DNA of 64,000 nucleotides from Perkinsus olseni (Eukaryota): NCBI GenBank assembly GCA_013115125.1, contig JABANN010000021.1, positions 1 to 64,000 of the forward strand, read 5' to 3'. Shown piece by piece: positions 26,301 to 39,362 of this stretch (position 1 is its first letter; each line of letters starts with the position of its first letter). The notes under the pieces were generated by a model. It saw only the letters and a program-made list of their open reading frames with translations, ran no database searches and was not told where the DNA came from. The position numbers and the translations under genes were made by a program.

Positions 26301-28337
26301 AGAGATTTTCCACTACTTTTGAGTAGAGGGTACTCCCTTGCAAAGAAGCTTAGTGACGTACTCCTTCAACCTTGCCTCGAAGCGCTCGCCGGTCAAAAAC
26401 AACAGCACGCATTTAGTAATGGTCGCGGAGGCAAAACCTGCAGAGATGTTGCTTCGCTCCGCCGCAAACCGCCCTTCAACAGACTACATACCCGTTTCCT
26501 TCTTCACTTCGGCGTTGAGGCCATCTAGCGCCCTCAGTACGTCTTGCTCTTCCTCAACGCTGAGCTCCCTCGCTGGCCGGTAGAGGGCCTTGCAACCTCC
26601 CTTCACATGAAGAGCTAAAGAAATATCCGAGGTTGAATCATGTAAGATGCGCATCGGGTCGAATAACTCATACCCTTCTTTCCAGCATTCAGTTCAGCGA
26701 CGAGGTCGATGTCAACGGGCGCAGCCACCTTCCTGTCTTCAGGCTTCGGCAACCATCCACGAACCTACAACAGTTCAATTCAGCAGAAAAATGCGCGGAC
26801 AGGGAATTGAACCCGGGCAGATTACCCTAGCACCGCCCTTGGGCAGCAGGCCCGAGTTCACTGGCCAGCAGCACTTGTTAGAAGTTATACTAGGCCAGAA
26901 TTGAGCAAACCTGCTAACGCAAGAATGCGCAGTAGAACCAACCCGGCAGGGACTATCTAGTCCTCCCGTACTACTTTCCTCCCTCCACGCAACTGAGCCA
27001 GGCAAGCACGTAGCTCTCCTGTTCCGGGTTGTAATCGACGATCAGTTCCCTCAGAGCCACCTCGGCCTTGTCCAATTTACCCAAACTCATCGACAATCGG
27101 GCAATGCTCTCCAATCTCGTCGTGCCATCGACAATTTCCCTGTGGAGGAGGATGCTGCCACACTCATCATAACCCAAAAGGGACGCCCGAAGACAAGTCT
27201 CAGGTTAATCTTGGGGTGCAGCCCAAGTAAGCCGCTTCGAGTCTAAGACCGCTTCGGTCTACGCCGAATCAAACGAGCCCCGGGACTGGACGGGTAGGAC
27301 GCCTTTGTACTACTTTTTGTGTTCCTCCAAGATGTTCAACGCCTCCTGCAATTCATCACCTTGTTCCAATAGCAAAGCCTGTAGACCGAACAGACTACCG
27401 AGAATTACTGACGAGAGATCGTTACTACTTGGTAGAGGTAGAGCTCGGACTGTTCGTATTTCGAGTCGGCATCCTCGGAAACTTCAGCCGCGAAATTCTG
27501 ATGAAAAAATAGGTAGTAAGCCCGCTAAGGCCGCGAGCCAGGGAGTATTGGGGAGAAGACTTTGCGCAGGATTGAACCAGCGACCTCACGAATGGAAGAG
27601 TACAGACATGCCGTTCGGCAACTTGACCCTTCTGACAATACTACCTTCTTATAAGAATCCAGTAACGTCTTGGCAACATCATAATTGCCCAGCATATGCT
27701 CTCCAACTGCATAGGCCATCCAATTGATCCTTTGGGACGATCGTAGCGACAGCAGCTTCCGTCTTGACTCAGTATAGCCCTCCAAATCCCGTTGATGGAG
27801 CTGATCGAATTCACCTCAGTGCACCTCAGTGCAACACACTGCATGAGATGCGCTACCTGCAGCATCGAAAGATCTCTCAAAATCTGTTGATTCTCAGGGT
27901 CGATCCTGAGGGCATTCTTGTAGCACTTGGCGGCTTCGTGATAATTCCGATCAGCTCTGTGCATCAAACCGTACCTGAGATAATTGGCCGTACTCGCCGG
28001 TACGATTAGGGGAAGTTGTGGTATTACACATGCCAACTGACGTGACTCTTAAGGTCGAAGAATAGACCTTGCTTGACCAGATCGTATGCTTCCTTCTTAT
28101 CATCAGGATTAACATAGGAAAGGATCAACGCCTTCATACAGACGGTCTCTCCATGCTTCGGGTTTTTCTTCAGTATTTGATCAGCACACTTAATACCCTT
28201 CTTGTACTGTTTAGTCTCGTAATACCGCACCATCTAAATATTACATCCACAGTAACCCCTCCCCTGATCCTCATCATTACCTGCCGGAAGAGGCTCTGGT
28301 CCTTAGCCGGTAGCTGTGATAGGGAACTAGTAGCCAT
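24406..28337 (-). CDS. NAA15: NatA N-terminal acetyltransferase auxiliary subunit (spliced)
   Basis: [91 protein letters not shown]. Confidence 0.95.
24835..24884 (-). pseudogene. 50-nt intron = tRNA (Gly/Asp-like) 3' half
   Basis: GTGAGACAAGCGGGCGACCCGGGTTCGAATCCTACGGCTCGCGTTTTTAG. Confidence 0.65.
26765..26825 (-). pseudogene. 61-nt intron containing a tRNA-Gly-like 3' end
   Basis: GTAATCTGCCCGGGTTCAATTCCCTGTCCGCGCATTTTT...TAG. Confidence 0.65.
27175..27305 (-). pseudogene. Possible decayed 5S rRNA-like structured RNA in an NAA15 intron
   Basis: ~130 nt with a terminal stem (GGCGTCC/GGGCGTC) followed by TTTT. Blocks CCGG..CTCGTTTGA, AAGCGG and TACTTGGG appear in 5S-like order (by-eye alignment only). 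Confidence 0.35.
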
Positions 28338-28712
28338 GGGTATAAAGGAGGAGGAAGCAGAAGAAGAAGGAATACTGAATACAGCAGCAGATCGATCGTT
28401 AGTCCCTTCAAGGCGGCCTAAGCGTCGGCTATAGAAATTCCGAGGATACTATGGACGATAGTAAGCGGATTTTGGGAAGCGCTACAATATTCCCAGAGGT
28501 CTCGTGAGAGAAGTCACTGATGGTCGCGGCACGACCACAGCTCAATAACTGACGGAAAAAATGTATGATGCCGGTATCGAACCTGGGACGTGATCTGACC
28601 GCAGAGTCTCGCGCGCCACGAAAATATTTCCATTAGCAGGCTGGGGCGTTGTGTGTGTGCTTTCTTCTTCTGCTCCCCAAATGGCGGCGTACGTCACTAC
28701 TAACCGGTTGAC

Positions 28713-29165
28713 GATGGATGACAGGTAGGTGTGCCTAAGGTCGAGGGAATCGTATCTTGATCGATCATTCCGCGGAGAAATTGCAGTGCTAATGGAATTG
28801 TTTGGCAAACTTCCTCATAAACCTTCATCGTCTATTGTTTTCGGATGGGCCTAGATAGTTGCACGTGGAGTATCATCACGTTCATCAGTTGGTGTAGGTT
28901 CGTTATTGAAGGTGTAGCAATGAGGAGAGGGTTGTCAATGCGACCGGAGACGGCACCAGCAGGAGTGGCATACCGGCATTTGGATCATAGATTGGATAGA
29001 TGGCATAAACCATGGAAACCGATAATGCCGAGGAGCCCGCCTGATTATCGTCATATTTACTGGAAACGATCAAAGTACTACTATCAGGGATGTCTAGTAG
29101 ATCGTAGCAGCGCCAGACAGGCCAGACAGATAGACGCACTCATGGTGATAAGAAAGTATCTATGA
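28713..29165 (+). CDS. Small hypothetical protein
   Basis: ATG followed by a GTAGGT donor, then a basic ORF ending at 29165. No family recognised. Confidence 0.3.
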
Positions 29166-30793
29166 ACAGCTGACGATGAGCACGCGGAGCTCTATCTCTT
29201 AATTGAGACCTCAGAGGGAGAATGCGAGGATTGATTTTCGTGGCGGATTGCATTATCGATCAATCATCTCTGAAGCGGCTGTCATGTGCGTTCAATGAGG
29301 TGGCCTGTGTGATCGGGTCTGTGTATTTTCGCAGTTTTTCACGGGGCAAAATGCGCTCTTTAGCGACTGGAGCTTACCAGTCCTCATTTCTAAATATTTG
29401 ATGTAAATAAAGTAGCAGGATTATTCATTATACGAAACGGGATGCATTTTCATATGGACCACTCATGGATGTACACAGATCTACTCGACTTCTCAGACAA
29501 CTTCTGAAGATTCTTGCCCCATTTCGCCCATCGACGTCCACAGCAACAGCGATCAGAGGTTTCAGTATCAGAGGCACAGCATCTCATCCAACAGGGAGAG
29601 CTGGTCACGCCATGACTTTAGTATTCGGGTATCTTCAGGCCGAGCCTGGTAGCACTTGGCTGACCTCAGATACCTCCTCGTGTAGGATATGATCGTAGAC
29701 GCCCGTGTTCATGCCCACCCATGTGCCGAGGCTTTTGAGCCTTCCCTCCGTGTAGCATTGATTTACACTGTAAGTACATCTTGGGTTAACTTCAATCAAC
29801 TGTCGAGGGCTGGTACGGAGGCGGGTAATCCGATCATGATTTGGACAATCTTTGGTATGACCAGTTGACCCTTTCCGATGCCAGAAGGAGTCGGCGGTCG
29901 TTTCGATAGCCCGAGCTTCCTTCAAAGCAGATCAACACCTCCAATACAGAGTGTCGATGAGCTGTAGTATTCTGAACTGTATGCCGGTTACACTCGGCAA
30001 CGCACAACGCAACTCTTCGCCGCTTCGGAAATGTCTATTTTGGGAATTATATACGAGAGCATGAAACTTTCCTAGTCCCACTCGAGTCCATTCTGTGATT
30101 GGGCATTGGAACTTTCGTTTTCACTGCAGCCCAGTGACTACTGGTTACAGAACTGGCTCTCGATTCTTAAGTATGAAGTCAAGATGCATCACTAGGTTGA
30201 ATCAGTGATTTAGGCTGTAACTTGTTAGATACGCAGAGGTGTCTGAATTGGTTACTAACATTACTAACGTCTGGTCGTGGGGTATAAACACAACGACATT
30301 ATACCGTATTAAACTCCCTTATCGAGCTCGGATACGCGTCAAGAAGGCGGTATCAACATCGAAGCCGGGGCCATGGAATGAGGTACTCTGGGTTGTTGAG
30401 GTTTACGGAGAAACGGCCTCCAGCGACTTGGAATTGTTATGATTGTTTTGTAACCCATTCGATGTCGAAAGTGTAACCTCGCATATGTGATCGATATTAC
30501 ACTCCTCTTTCGAATCGATACCCCATTGAAGCACTCCTACCCTATGTCGTCCTCGGCAACCAAGCGGCGGTTGAGCGGAGTTCACTGCGTCATTCAATGA
30601 GCGTTGTATTGACGGGGTTTTGACGGAATGTCAGGGGTTCTCAAACAGCGTAGAACTCAAGCGGGAAGGAACTGTTTTGATCGGGCTGACCCTGCATCTG
30701 CAACCGAGGGTGATCTGTATCTCCAATTCGTTCGTCATTTGAGCATAGCAGCCTAGTGAGCTTGTTCTGTTTGTTGATAGGAGGTCCCCTCAC

Positions 30794-33577
30794 ATGAACA
30801 AGCTCACTGAGGGAAACCTCAGATATGGCTATTATACTATGGTATCAGCTTCTCATTTGTTGCACAGTTTTCTGGAGACTGAGTTTCCTTTTTATTGGAA
30901 CATCGCGCTTGCGTGATCGGCGGCAGTGTCTGTGACCTAGGGCTGTTATTATGTCAGACCATGGGCGACTACGGAGGCTCTATCTCGTTCCCACCAGTGA
31001 TTCAAGAAAAGTCGGTATCGTATGCAGAGCGGGGTTCGGTGTCATACATTGGCATTCCTCGGTTCATACTCATGCTGTGTCCGAGATTTGCCGACTGTTG
31101 GATGAGCGATGATGATATTGAGATTGAGTACACCGAGTTCTTGCCTTATGTAAGCGCCTCAAAGATATCCGATGATATGGGTCTGCCCAGCAAATCAATA
31201 ATAAATAGCATGCATTTTACTGGGAAGACGCGCTCTTTTGATACCATAACTAAACCGACTCAGGTGTTGATGCGATTGAAGCTGCAGTGGCTGTTGAAGC
31301 TCCATTCGGCAATGTGTGAGGTTGACTATGACCTTTGCAGTCTGAGAAGATTCTTTGATGGTCTATTGACGGTGATGGTTCGGGAAACGGTCGATATAGG
31401 TGGCGATTCAGTTCTCGAGAATAAAGTAAGGCATGGTCGAATACTTCAAGTTTGAAGAGAATATATATTTCATTTTATGATACTACATATCTTACGGTTT
31501 CATGTAGGTATCTAAAGAACGTGCGACATTATCTCTTGACTTGGTGATAGATGATTTCATCGCACAGTTGCAGACCAGATTGGGAGTGGGCTTCGACGCT
31601 TTGCTCAACTACGTTGCTACAGCTGATCCTAATCGGGCAATAATGGCAAGGTGGTGTCCGTAGCTTGAGCATGCAAGATACGAAACGGGTCGGATCCTGT
31701 TGTGATGGATTAGTTCTCAGTCTTGTCGAGCCGGCTGGACAGTTACCAGTAACATCAACACACGAAGTGAGGCAAATGCTGGATGATATTTTTATAGCCT
31801 ACCTGGTAGTTGAGGAATCCAGCAAGAATCCAAGATTTGTCGAGTGAACAAGTACTCAGGTCACGACGTTGGAAGTCTCTAAGCCGCTATACACTGCTTT
31901 ATCGGAGGTCCGACGTTTCGGCCTTCCTCTTCCGGACACTCTCGTCCGAGCTGTCCATTACTATGAGGACAAACGGACCATGTGAGTTAACCACGAGCTG
32001 ATAATTTCGTGGCGCAGTGACGGTATCGCGGCTTACAGTGGACTCAGGATCTTGACATCTTTCAATTCCTCCGCGTACTGTCCACGTTTGATGGTGGCTT
32101 CTCTATGGTGTCTATGCAGGCGATTTGAGGAAGGCTGCATGCCAACAGAATCGTCGTCGCCCTCGACGTCAAATTTGGATTCCCTTTGCCCGGATAAGTC
32201 GTGGAACGGCCCGGCGGTGAAGTTGTTGAGGGGTCTCATGAGTTGGGGAGGGGCTACCAGCTTCACCACCCGGAAGAATAATGAGAGGGCAGCGCAGAGG
32301 GCAGCTATCATCCTAGTGTAAGTTGAATACTCGGTTGTTTGCTGGGCTCGCTTGGGGGTCGTCTCGACATGATGGGGTTGATCCCCTCCTTGGTCCCGCC
32401 GCCGTAGGGTTGGACCCATTTTTACTACGAATGGCCAGCGCCAGCCCTGAACTTGTTAATGAAAAATTTTCTCCCTAGGCTGCACGGTGAAGCTATACGA
32501 GACGATGATCTGACCTGTAATTGCATCCCACAGATTTTTCTGTTCTTCTCAGGGCATTAATCGAGCTTAGAGTCGTCGATGGAACCCATCCCACCATGAT
32601 GAAATATTTATTGGAGATTGCGACCCATCACTTCACCTTTCCAAAGGTAAATACCACACCTCTCTCAGCTCTCAACACCATAGTGATCACCAGCTGCTGC
32701 TGCTGCTGCTGCCGGAAGGTTTAGCCTCCGTCCCTGGCCTGGGGGGCACTATTAGGTTGTCACTCGACTAATTAGGATGAGTGAAAGTTAATCAATATTT
32801 TCAATGTGACCTAGTCTCACGTTGAGTGTGTGTAACTTGTGGCTCCCACTGTCAGCGGATCAGCCTCATCATCATTGTCATCATCCTCAGGGCCTTCGAC
32901 GTCGTGTAACGGATGTGCTGCCTCGAGCGTGCGGCATGTTGGAAGATACGCGGATGAGGTTAGTCGATGCAGGGCAGGTCAATAGCGACTTGCCAGTATT
33001 GACTGAGGGGAAGCTGTTGGAGATAAGAGGGGTGACCGATGTGGTAACCATCCCTGCTATCATCGTCTCGGTTGTCAGAATGAGATGATTCGCCTTCGGC
33101 TGTACCATCACAGTACGGGGTCGGATGTCGACCACCTAACTCTTCCGCCGGCCAGAGGTCCTCTAGCCGAGGACGGCAAGCCGTGTAGATATCGGAGATA
33201 CCAATCTGCACTGAGTGAGTTGATCCATATCGATCGCGTGATCGATTTCGCTCAACTCGGTATGTGTCTTGGTGCTATCATTCATCCATTCAGATGGTCG
33301 AGGGAAGAGGATGCAGAAATGTGAATCTTTCGCGTCGCTCCGCCGTCAGGAGGTTGAAGATGGCATGGCAGAAGATAGGGAAATGGTCAGGAAAGCGCTC
33401 CGGAGGACCACTTCCACAAGAGATACCTTCAAGGTGCGCACAGGGAAGATTTCAAAGATACGCTTCACATCACTCTTCCAGGTGCCAACCACAAGCGGGT
33501 CATTGACTTACGATGATCGGGTTGGTCGACTTCGATTCCAATCTGTGTTTTCTAGGATGAGCAACCTGGGCTCATGA
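30794..33577 (+). CDS. One or two hypothetical spliced genes
   Basis: Series of + strand protein-like exons (30895, 31665, 32052, 32521, 32890, 33290) with GT-AG introns. No domain recognised. Confidence 0.45.
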
Positions 33578-34119
33578 GTCATGCCCTCTCCGGTGTTGTC
33601 TTTGTTGTTGTTATTATGATGTCGTTGTTGGTAAATCCACGCGGTGTTGGGTTGTAGTAGTACTGATGGTGCATTTTTTGTGAACAGAACAGAAAATTGT
33701 CATTTCGTCGCTATTGCTCTACTATAAGTTCATTTCTGGCACCCATTAACAGAGCACTCACGCCATTCTGATATCTGTTGCCCGCGTGAAACGACTTATC
33801 GATTAAAGATATTGATACGGTGAATGGATGGAAACAGCACAAAGTCATATGGTATACGCGTACTGCTCAGTTCAGCCGTATGCTGTGTAGAACTCCGTCG
33901 AGTGGTCTTCCCTCGGTGAGAACAGTCGGAATCTCATCGACGTTTTAAAGGGTTGTAATGGTGAGTGCGTTCAAGCAGTCAAAGGACATCCCATACGGGA
34001 AGGATGGCTGATCGTCAGAATATAAGTGCCTGAAGTATCACGCTTGATGCCCTAGTTGTGGGTATGACGTCTGATTGGCTCCCCACAGAGCAGTTCAATA
34101 CCCGTGATGCAGTTGGTTT

Positions 34120-37100
34120 ATGATGACCTCAGTGGAGTCTCCGGGAATGCCAAGCTGGGCTGTTGATGCCATCGCACGACATGAGGCACCTATTAAGAGA
34201 GAGTACCTCCTACTGGACCGGCCCGAGGTGGATATGGCTCAGCAGTCAACGGATGTGAGCAAGCCCGTCGAAGAGGCTACCGAGGGGGATGACCAGCAGG
34301 GTACGAAAAGGAAGCGAAATCACGGGCAGAACAAGACGTCGGACAGGAAGGGGAACATGGATGTCATTAATAATGACCGTCAACTATGTACTGTTGTCGC
34401 TAGAGGAGGGACCTGTGCTTTCGGTGATGGGTGTAAGTTTAATCATGATGTGAAGAGTTACTGGGCTGAAGTAGGTTGGGGCACAGGATCCAGGGTTCGA
34501 GTATTGGCTCTAGGTTCACAACTTCCTTCAAATTTCCATTGTCAATTTTTTGTAGTTTTTCCCCGGAAGTTCATCGTCGGTGCAGAATTGAAGTCCGCGG
34601 GAAGGGAGGTGTCGAAAACCCGTGTCCTTCCTTCGCGATTCTTCGCGCCTCGTAGTGGTTCGGGGTCTCTCAGACGATGTTGTGGTATGTCAGAGGCCTG
34701 CTGATCTCCCCGGTGAGTGTCCCTTCCCAAGCCTCCTGCACTGCCGCTGTCCCTTTGGTTTGAACTGTAGGATGGCAGGCTGCCACACTAAAGGTAGGTG
34801 CCGAGAGCTGCAAGTCGACTACTTCGAATACGGACCGGTCAATCGCGGGCGGTGATGATACAGTCGGGTCAAAAAAATTGTCTGCAGCTGATTCATCCTT
34901 CTAAAGTTCGAATATTGGATCGAGACCGGGCAGCAGTTTCTAGGGTTACTTCTGCGGCAACACGTCGATTTGTGCGGTTTTGCATTTCTATGTGGACCCG
35001 ATGAAGCAAGCGGGTTTTCCGATCACCTGCCGCCCTGTGTGAGCAGCCTTCGACGTTGCTACCTACCTTGTGAAGAGTCCCCCTCGATCGTGGAATGTTG
35101 TGAGAACTCATCATTCGAGCTTATTACTTGTCAGTATCGCCCGACGGGACTCCTGTCAGCATCAAGGTGGGCGATGAGGATGCTGTTGATGGTGGTGCGG
35201 CGAAGGGTGGTCCCGGTGAGGAGTTGGACTCCCTCACTCTCAATGGCACCACTCAACAACTCAGGCTGGATCTTAGAGGGAAGAAGTGAGTTCGGGGGCG
35301 GTAGGCGTTATTGCAATGGATATCTTCCTTGGGGACGGCATGAAACCTCAGTGGAGTGCGCATCCGGCGGGTTGCAGATAGAATCAGCGTCAAGTATGTT
35401 GGCCATGGTGCAGTGTGAGACCGTCTTCGCCTGGCATTATTCGGGAATGCGTCACTGTCAACTCAAGGCACGATGAGGGCGATGTGTCCTTCCCGACGAT
35501 TTCTCAATCATTCGATTAACACCTCTCATATATAGTTCATCATTGTATGCGGTTCATGACAATTCAGTCTTGCTAATATCTATTGTGCTTGCTATGCCAT
35601 GTTTGTTATGCTCGTTCCTCCCTCATTAGCTCCGCTGTAGATACTCTTTCCCTGGCTCCAAGGCCGCGCTTAATAGGAAGAAGGTGGAGAGGGTCGGTCC
35701 GGTCGGGCCAGGAGTGAAAGAAAGAGTCCCATTTTCCAAGCTCATCGCTGGTGAGTAAGTATTGAATCATTTCTCGAGTATAGCGATGAATTATGGAAAG
35801 GTTTTCGCTCTCGGCGGAGGTGAAGTGTCCTCTGAGTATAGCTTGGCTTCGGTCTATTGAATCAGGTCGGCTTCCGATGCTCGCCCCGTTAACCACAGTG
35901 GGTAACCTCCCCTTCAGACGGCTGTGCGTTAGCCTTGGCTGTGAGGTGAGGCCTACCCGAGTTTGAACTCTCCGGAGTGCCCTTCCCTCATCTCTTCTCA
36001 GGTGACCGTGTCTGAGATGGCCCTCGCGGAATCTTTACTGAAGGGCAATCGTGCTGAACATGCTTTGCTCAAGAAACACCCCGATGAGAAGATCTTCGGC
36101 ATACAGGTTTGTCACTGCGCCACGAAATTGATGTCGCGAGCCTCGCAGTTCGAATGCACTCAGGTTGCAGGGGGCTTCCCTGATATGATGAGTCGATGCG
36201 CGGAGATGCTTTGCCGCGAGATGGACGATTTTGACTTTATCGACATCAACATGGGCTGTCCCCTCGAGGGCCTCCACCGGAAGGTGACCATCCTTCACAG
36301 TTGGCTGCTCGTCCACTGTGTACTCTCAGGGTGCCGGCTCGGCTCTGATGACACGTTTGGGGAAGGCTGAGGGCGTTATGGGATCGATGGCTCAGGTGAC
36401 CACCAATGGGTATGTGCATGCGTGCTGGATTCTTGTGTGCTAGGTGTGCCATGCATATGACAAGAACCTCACAGTCAAGATCAGGACTGCCCATTATGGT
36501 CAGAATCATATCTGTGATAAGGTGAGCTGCCACCTGACCAGGCAAGGGTAGAGGAGCCCCCTTTGACGGCCCTCCCCAGGTTGCAGCCCGTGCAGTGAGT
36601 TCTGATGTTGATGGTGTGATACTACATGGTAGAACAGCTCAGCAGCGTTACAGTCGCCCCGCCGACTGGAATTTCCATACCAAGTGCCGCTCCGCTATGG
36701 ATGAGGCTGTCCCTGGTAAGTGGCTAGCTGTTATTACTATGATGATTACAGTATTGACATATAGTAATATGATAATATTTGACACCGATAATAATATTAC
36801 TTACGTCAAAATACATCATTTCATGCTCAGCATTAGAAAGGTGTCATGATATTCGTCCGACGCACGGTCCAGAAAGTAGCCCCCCCCACGTATCGTCATC
36901 CTTCGTCTTGGAAGCACCAACTCCTCCTTGAGCTCAGGTAACGAAGTTCCTCTGGTGGGGTGCGGAGATATTGTTAACTGGCGCGAGGCTGTTGATAGAA
37001 TGGAGGTAACTTCCCGCGGTTGCCCCTTACCGTATCTTTTGCCGTATCTTGAGGTCAAGGTGATGCTCATCATTGCTCTCAGACCCCGGGTGTTAGTGGC

Positions 37101-37547
37101 TTGATGATCGGTCGAGGGGCGTTGATAAAACCGTGGATATTTACCGAGATCAAAGAACATCGAGATTGGGATATCTCTAGTGCCGAACGGCTTGACATCC
37201 TCAAGCGTTTTGTATCGTACGGTCTAACTCACTGGGGTACCGACACGAGGGGCGTCGAGAGCACACGGCGGTTCCTGTTGGAGGCCCTCAGCTTCCTTTA
37301 TCGGTATATACCGCTCGGGCTGATGGAAGGCATGACGTCGATGAAGATCGGATGGAGGCCTCCTCGATACACGGGTCGTGATGATCTGGAGACTCTGATG
37401 GCGAGTGGCAACTTTGAGGACTGGATAAGGCTCTCGGAGCTCCTCATCTGTCCGGCACCTGAGAGGTTCAAATTCGTACCGAAGCACAAAAGCAACAGCT
37501 ATGATGCAGCGGCCGCTGAGCCCGTTTACAAGAGATTGGGTATATGA
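34120..37547 (+). CDS. DUS3: tRNA-dihydrouridine(47) synthase with CCCH zinc fingers (spliced)
   Basis: C-x8-C-x5-C-x3-H finger ([20 protein letters not shown]), [68 protein letters not shown]. Confidence 0.95.
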
Positions 37548-38939
37548 AGCATCTGAGCTCCACGCGAGTAAGATATAAATGAGGTCAAGCTTGCTATACT
37601 GGTTTCTGTTAGCACTGTTATGTCTCGTGTCTTCTCCTGTCTCCTACGTCAGTCTGCTGTTGTTATGTTCTTTCAATCGGCGTTGGATCCGATTCATTCT
37701 GAGGATAAGCTCCTAGCCACTACTGATATCGCTGAATATTCTAGTGTTGTATGTAGTTATACCAATATCCGTAATCACATATTGGTGAACTTGACTTGAC
37801 ATAGGTAGCCATGAATGTTTGCCTACAGTATTTTCGAAGCTAGTCGACACGTACAAACTGAGCGATAATAAATTAGTATGCGTACGAAAGGCCAAAAATA
37901 TTTATGCGTAGTATGAAATACCATAATTTTTTCCGTCAGCGCTATAAATCATCCTTGCGAGATCGGCAGTCACTATTCTACTGCGAGTACTTCTTCTCAA
38001 TACCCGTCAGCGGAGTGGCACTCTTGTTGTGACGGAGGCAACCGTTTTTGGCGTGCGTGTGAAGCTCACAGAGGTGAGCGAGCCCCTTCTAACATGGAAG
38101 CAATCCAAACTTGTATAATTCAGACAAGGACGGATCATCATACCTTAGCAGGTTGTGTGCGCCAAATATCCGAGTCTCCGCTGGATCCTCTGGGTCTTCG
38201 ACCATACAGTATTGATACAGTGTTGCCATGGTAAACTTGCCAAATTGCGCGGCTGGCTCATTGTGGCTCGGCCGTTAGTAACGATCACGATAGATCGACA
38301 CGGGATATGCTGTAGAGTGTCCGAACAACTGTCAGTTACGGAGGTCCCAGCCCCTCTTGACGCCGTTTGTGTCTAGGGGAGAGGTGTGCTTCTAGCTCAC
38401 CCAACTGTTGTTCGAGACGGCTATTTACAAAACGGTGTGGGTGCTGGAAGATGATCCGCGGAGGTGGTCCGTTGGAGCTTCCAACTCAGTGAGTTCGTCG
38501 ATGAGCTGTGAATGGTAAATCTTATCGAAAACAACACGCTGAATCAGTTGAATGTAAACTGATCAGGACGACTTGTGGCGAATCACTCGCCCAACGTGGT
38601 TGATATTCTAGAATGAAATCAATATCAGTCCTCAATGTTGAAGCCCACAGTCAAAACCGTATGCCAATAGTAATCGGAAGTCCTCTGACCGCCATAGCGT
38701 GTATGTGGAACTGTGTAAACATCGTACTATGGCGACCATAACTAGACAAGGGTTATACTAAAATAGTGGGAAGACAACCATTCTCGGCTCCTCTCGCTAT
38801 AAAAATATCAAGACTGAATCACCTTCCTATGATAGGCGCCATGCAGTGTGACGTTCATCATGGGAAAGCTCGAGGGTGCCGATGGCATACAAGGAAGTTC
38901 ATAACCATCTACCCCTCGACGGATGTTGGCCGTGATGAA

Positions 38940-39362
38940 CTATAGCATCTCCTCGTGGTCGAAAATGCCCTCTTCCTGGCCCCATTCAGTAACGATGGAG
39001 TTCTCGTCGTACTTGACGATAAAGAAGAACTTGATGGGAATAGCAAAATCAGATATCTTTATTTTCTCGTTGTGACAAGCTTGTACTACATTTAGAAGGT
39101 TCGTATGGTTATAGCTGAAGGGTAGGAAGTAGACCCCCTCAGTGCCGCGCTCAAAGATAGGCTTCGAGTGATGCAGACCGTTAACCGAAATCTTACACCC
39201 ACGCAAGAGGATGTCAATATTGAATGTGCTGTTGGCTAGGAACGTGAGAGCCCCAGACACAGGGTAGAAGTCGCATACGTATTTGCCCTGAGGTGATGGC
39301 TCAGCGACCACGGAGCAACCACAGCATAGTATCATCAGAACGAATAGGGCAGACCTTGCCAT
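38940..39362 (-). CDS. Small secreted hypothetical protein (paralog A)
   Basis: Signal peptide MARSALFVLMILCCGCSVVA; intronless; aligns with 45451-45897. Confidence 0.75.
   Translation of the reverse strand: MARSALFVLMILCCGCSVVAEPSPQGKYVCDFYPVSGALTFLANSTFNIDILLRGCKISVNGLHHSKPIFERGTEGVYFLPFSYNHTNLLNVVQACHNEKIKISDFAIPIKFFFIVKYDENSIVTEWGQEEGIFDHEEML

Noticed and set aside
29400-30600. Possible retroelement remnant
   Set aside because: Short broken ORFs without recognisable RT, integrase or terminal-repeat motifs.
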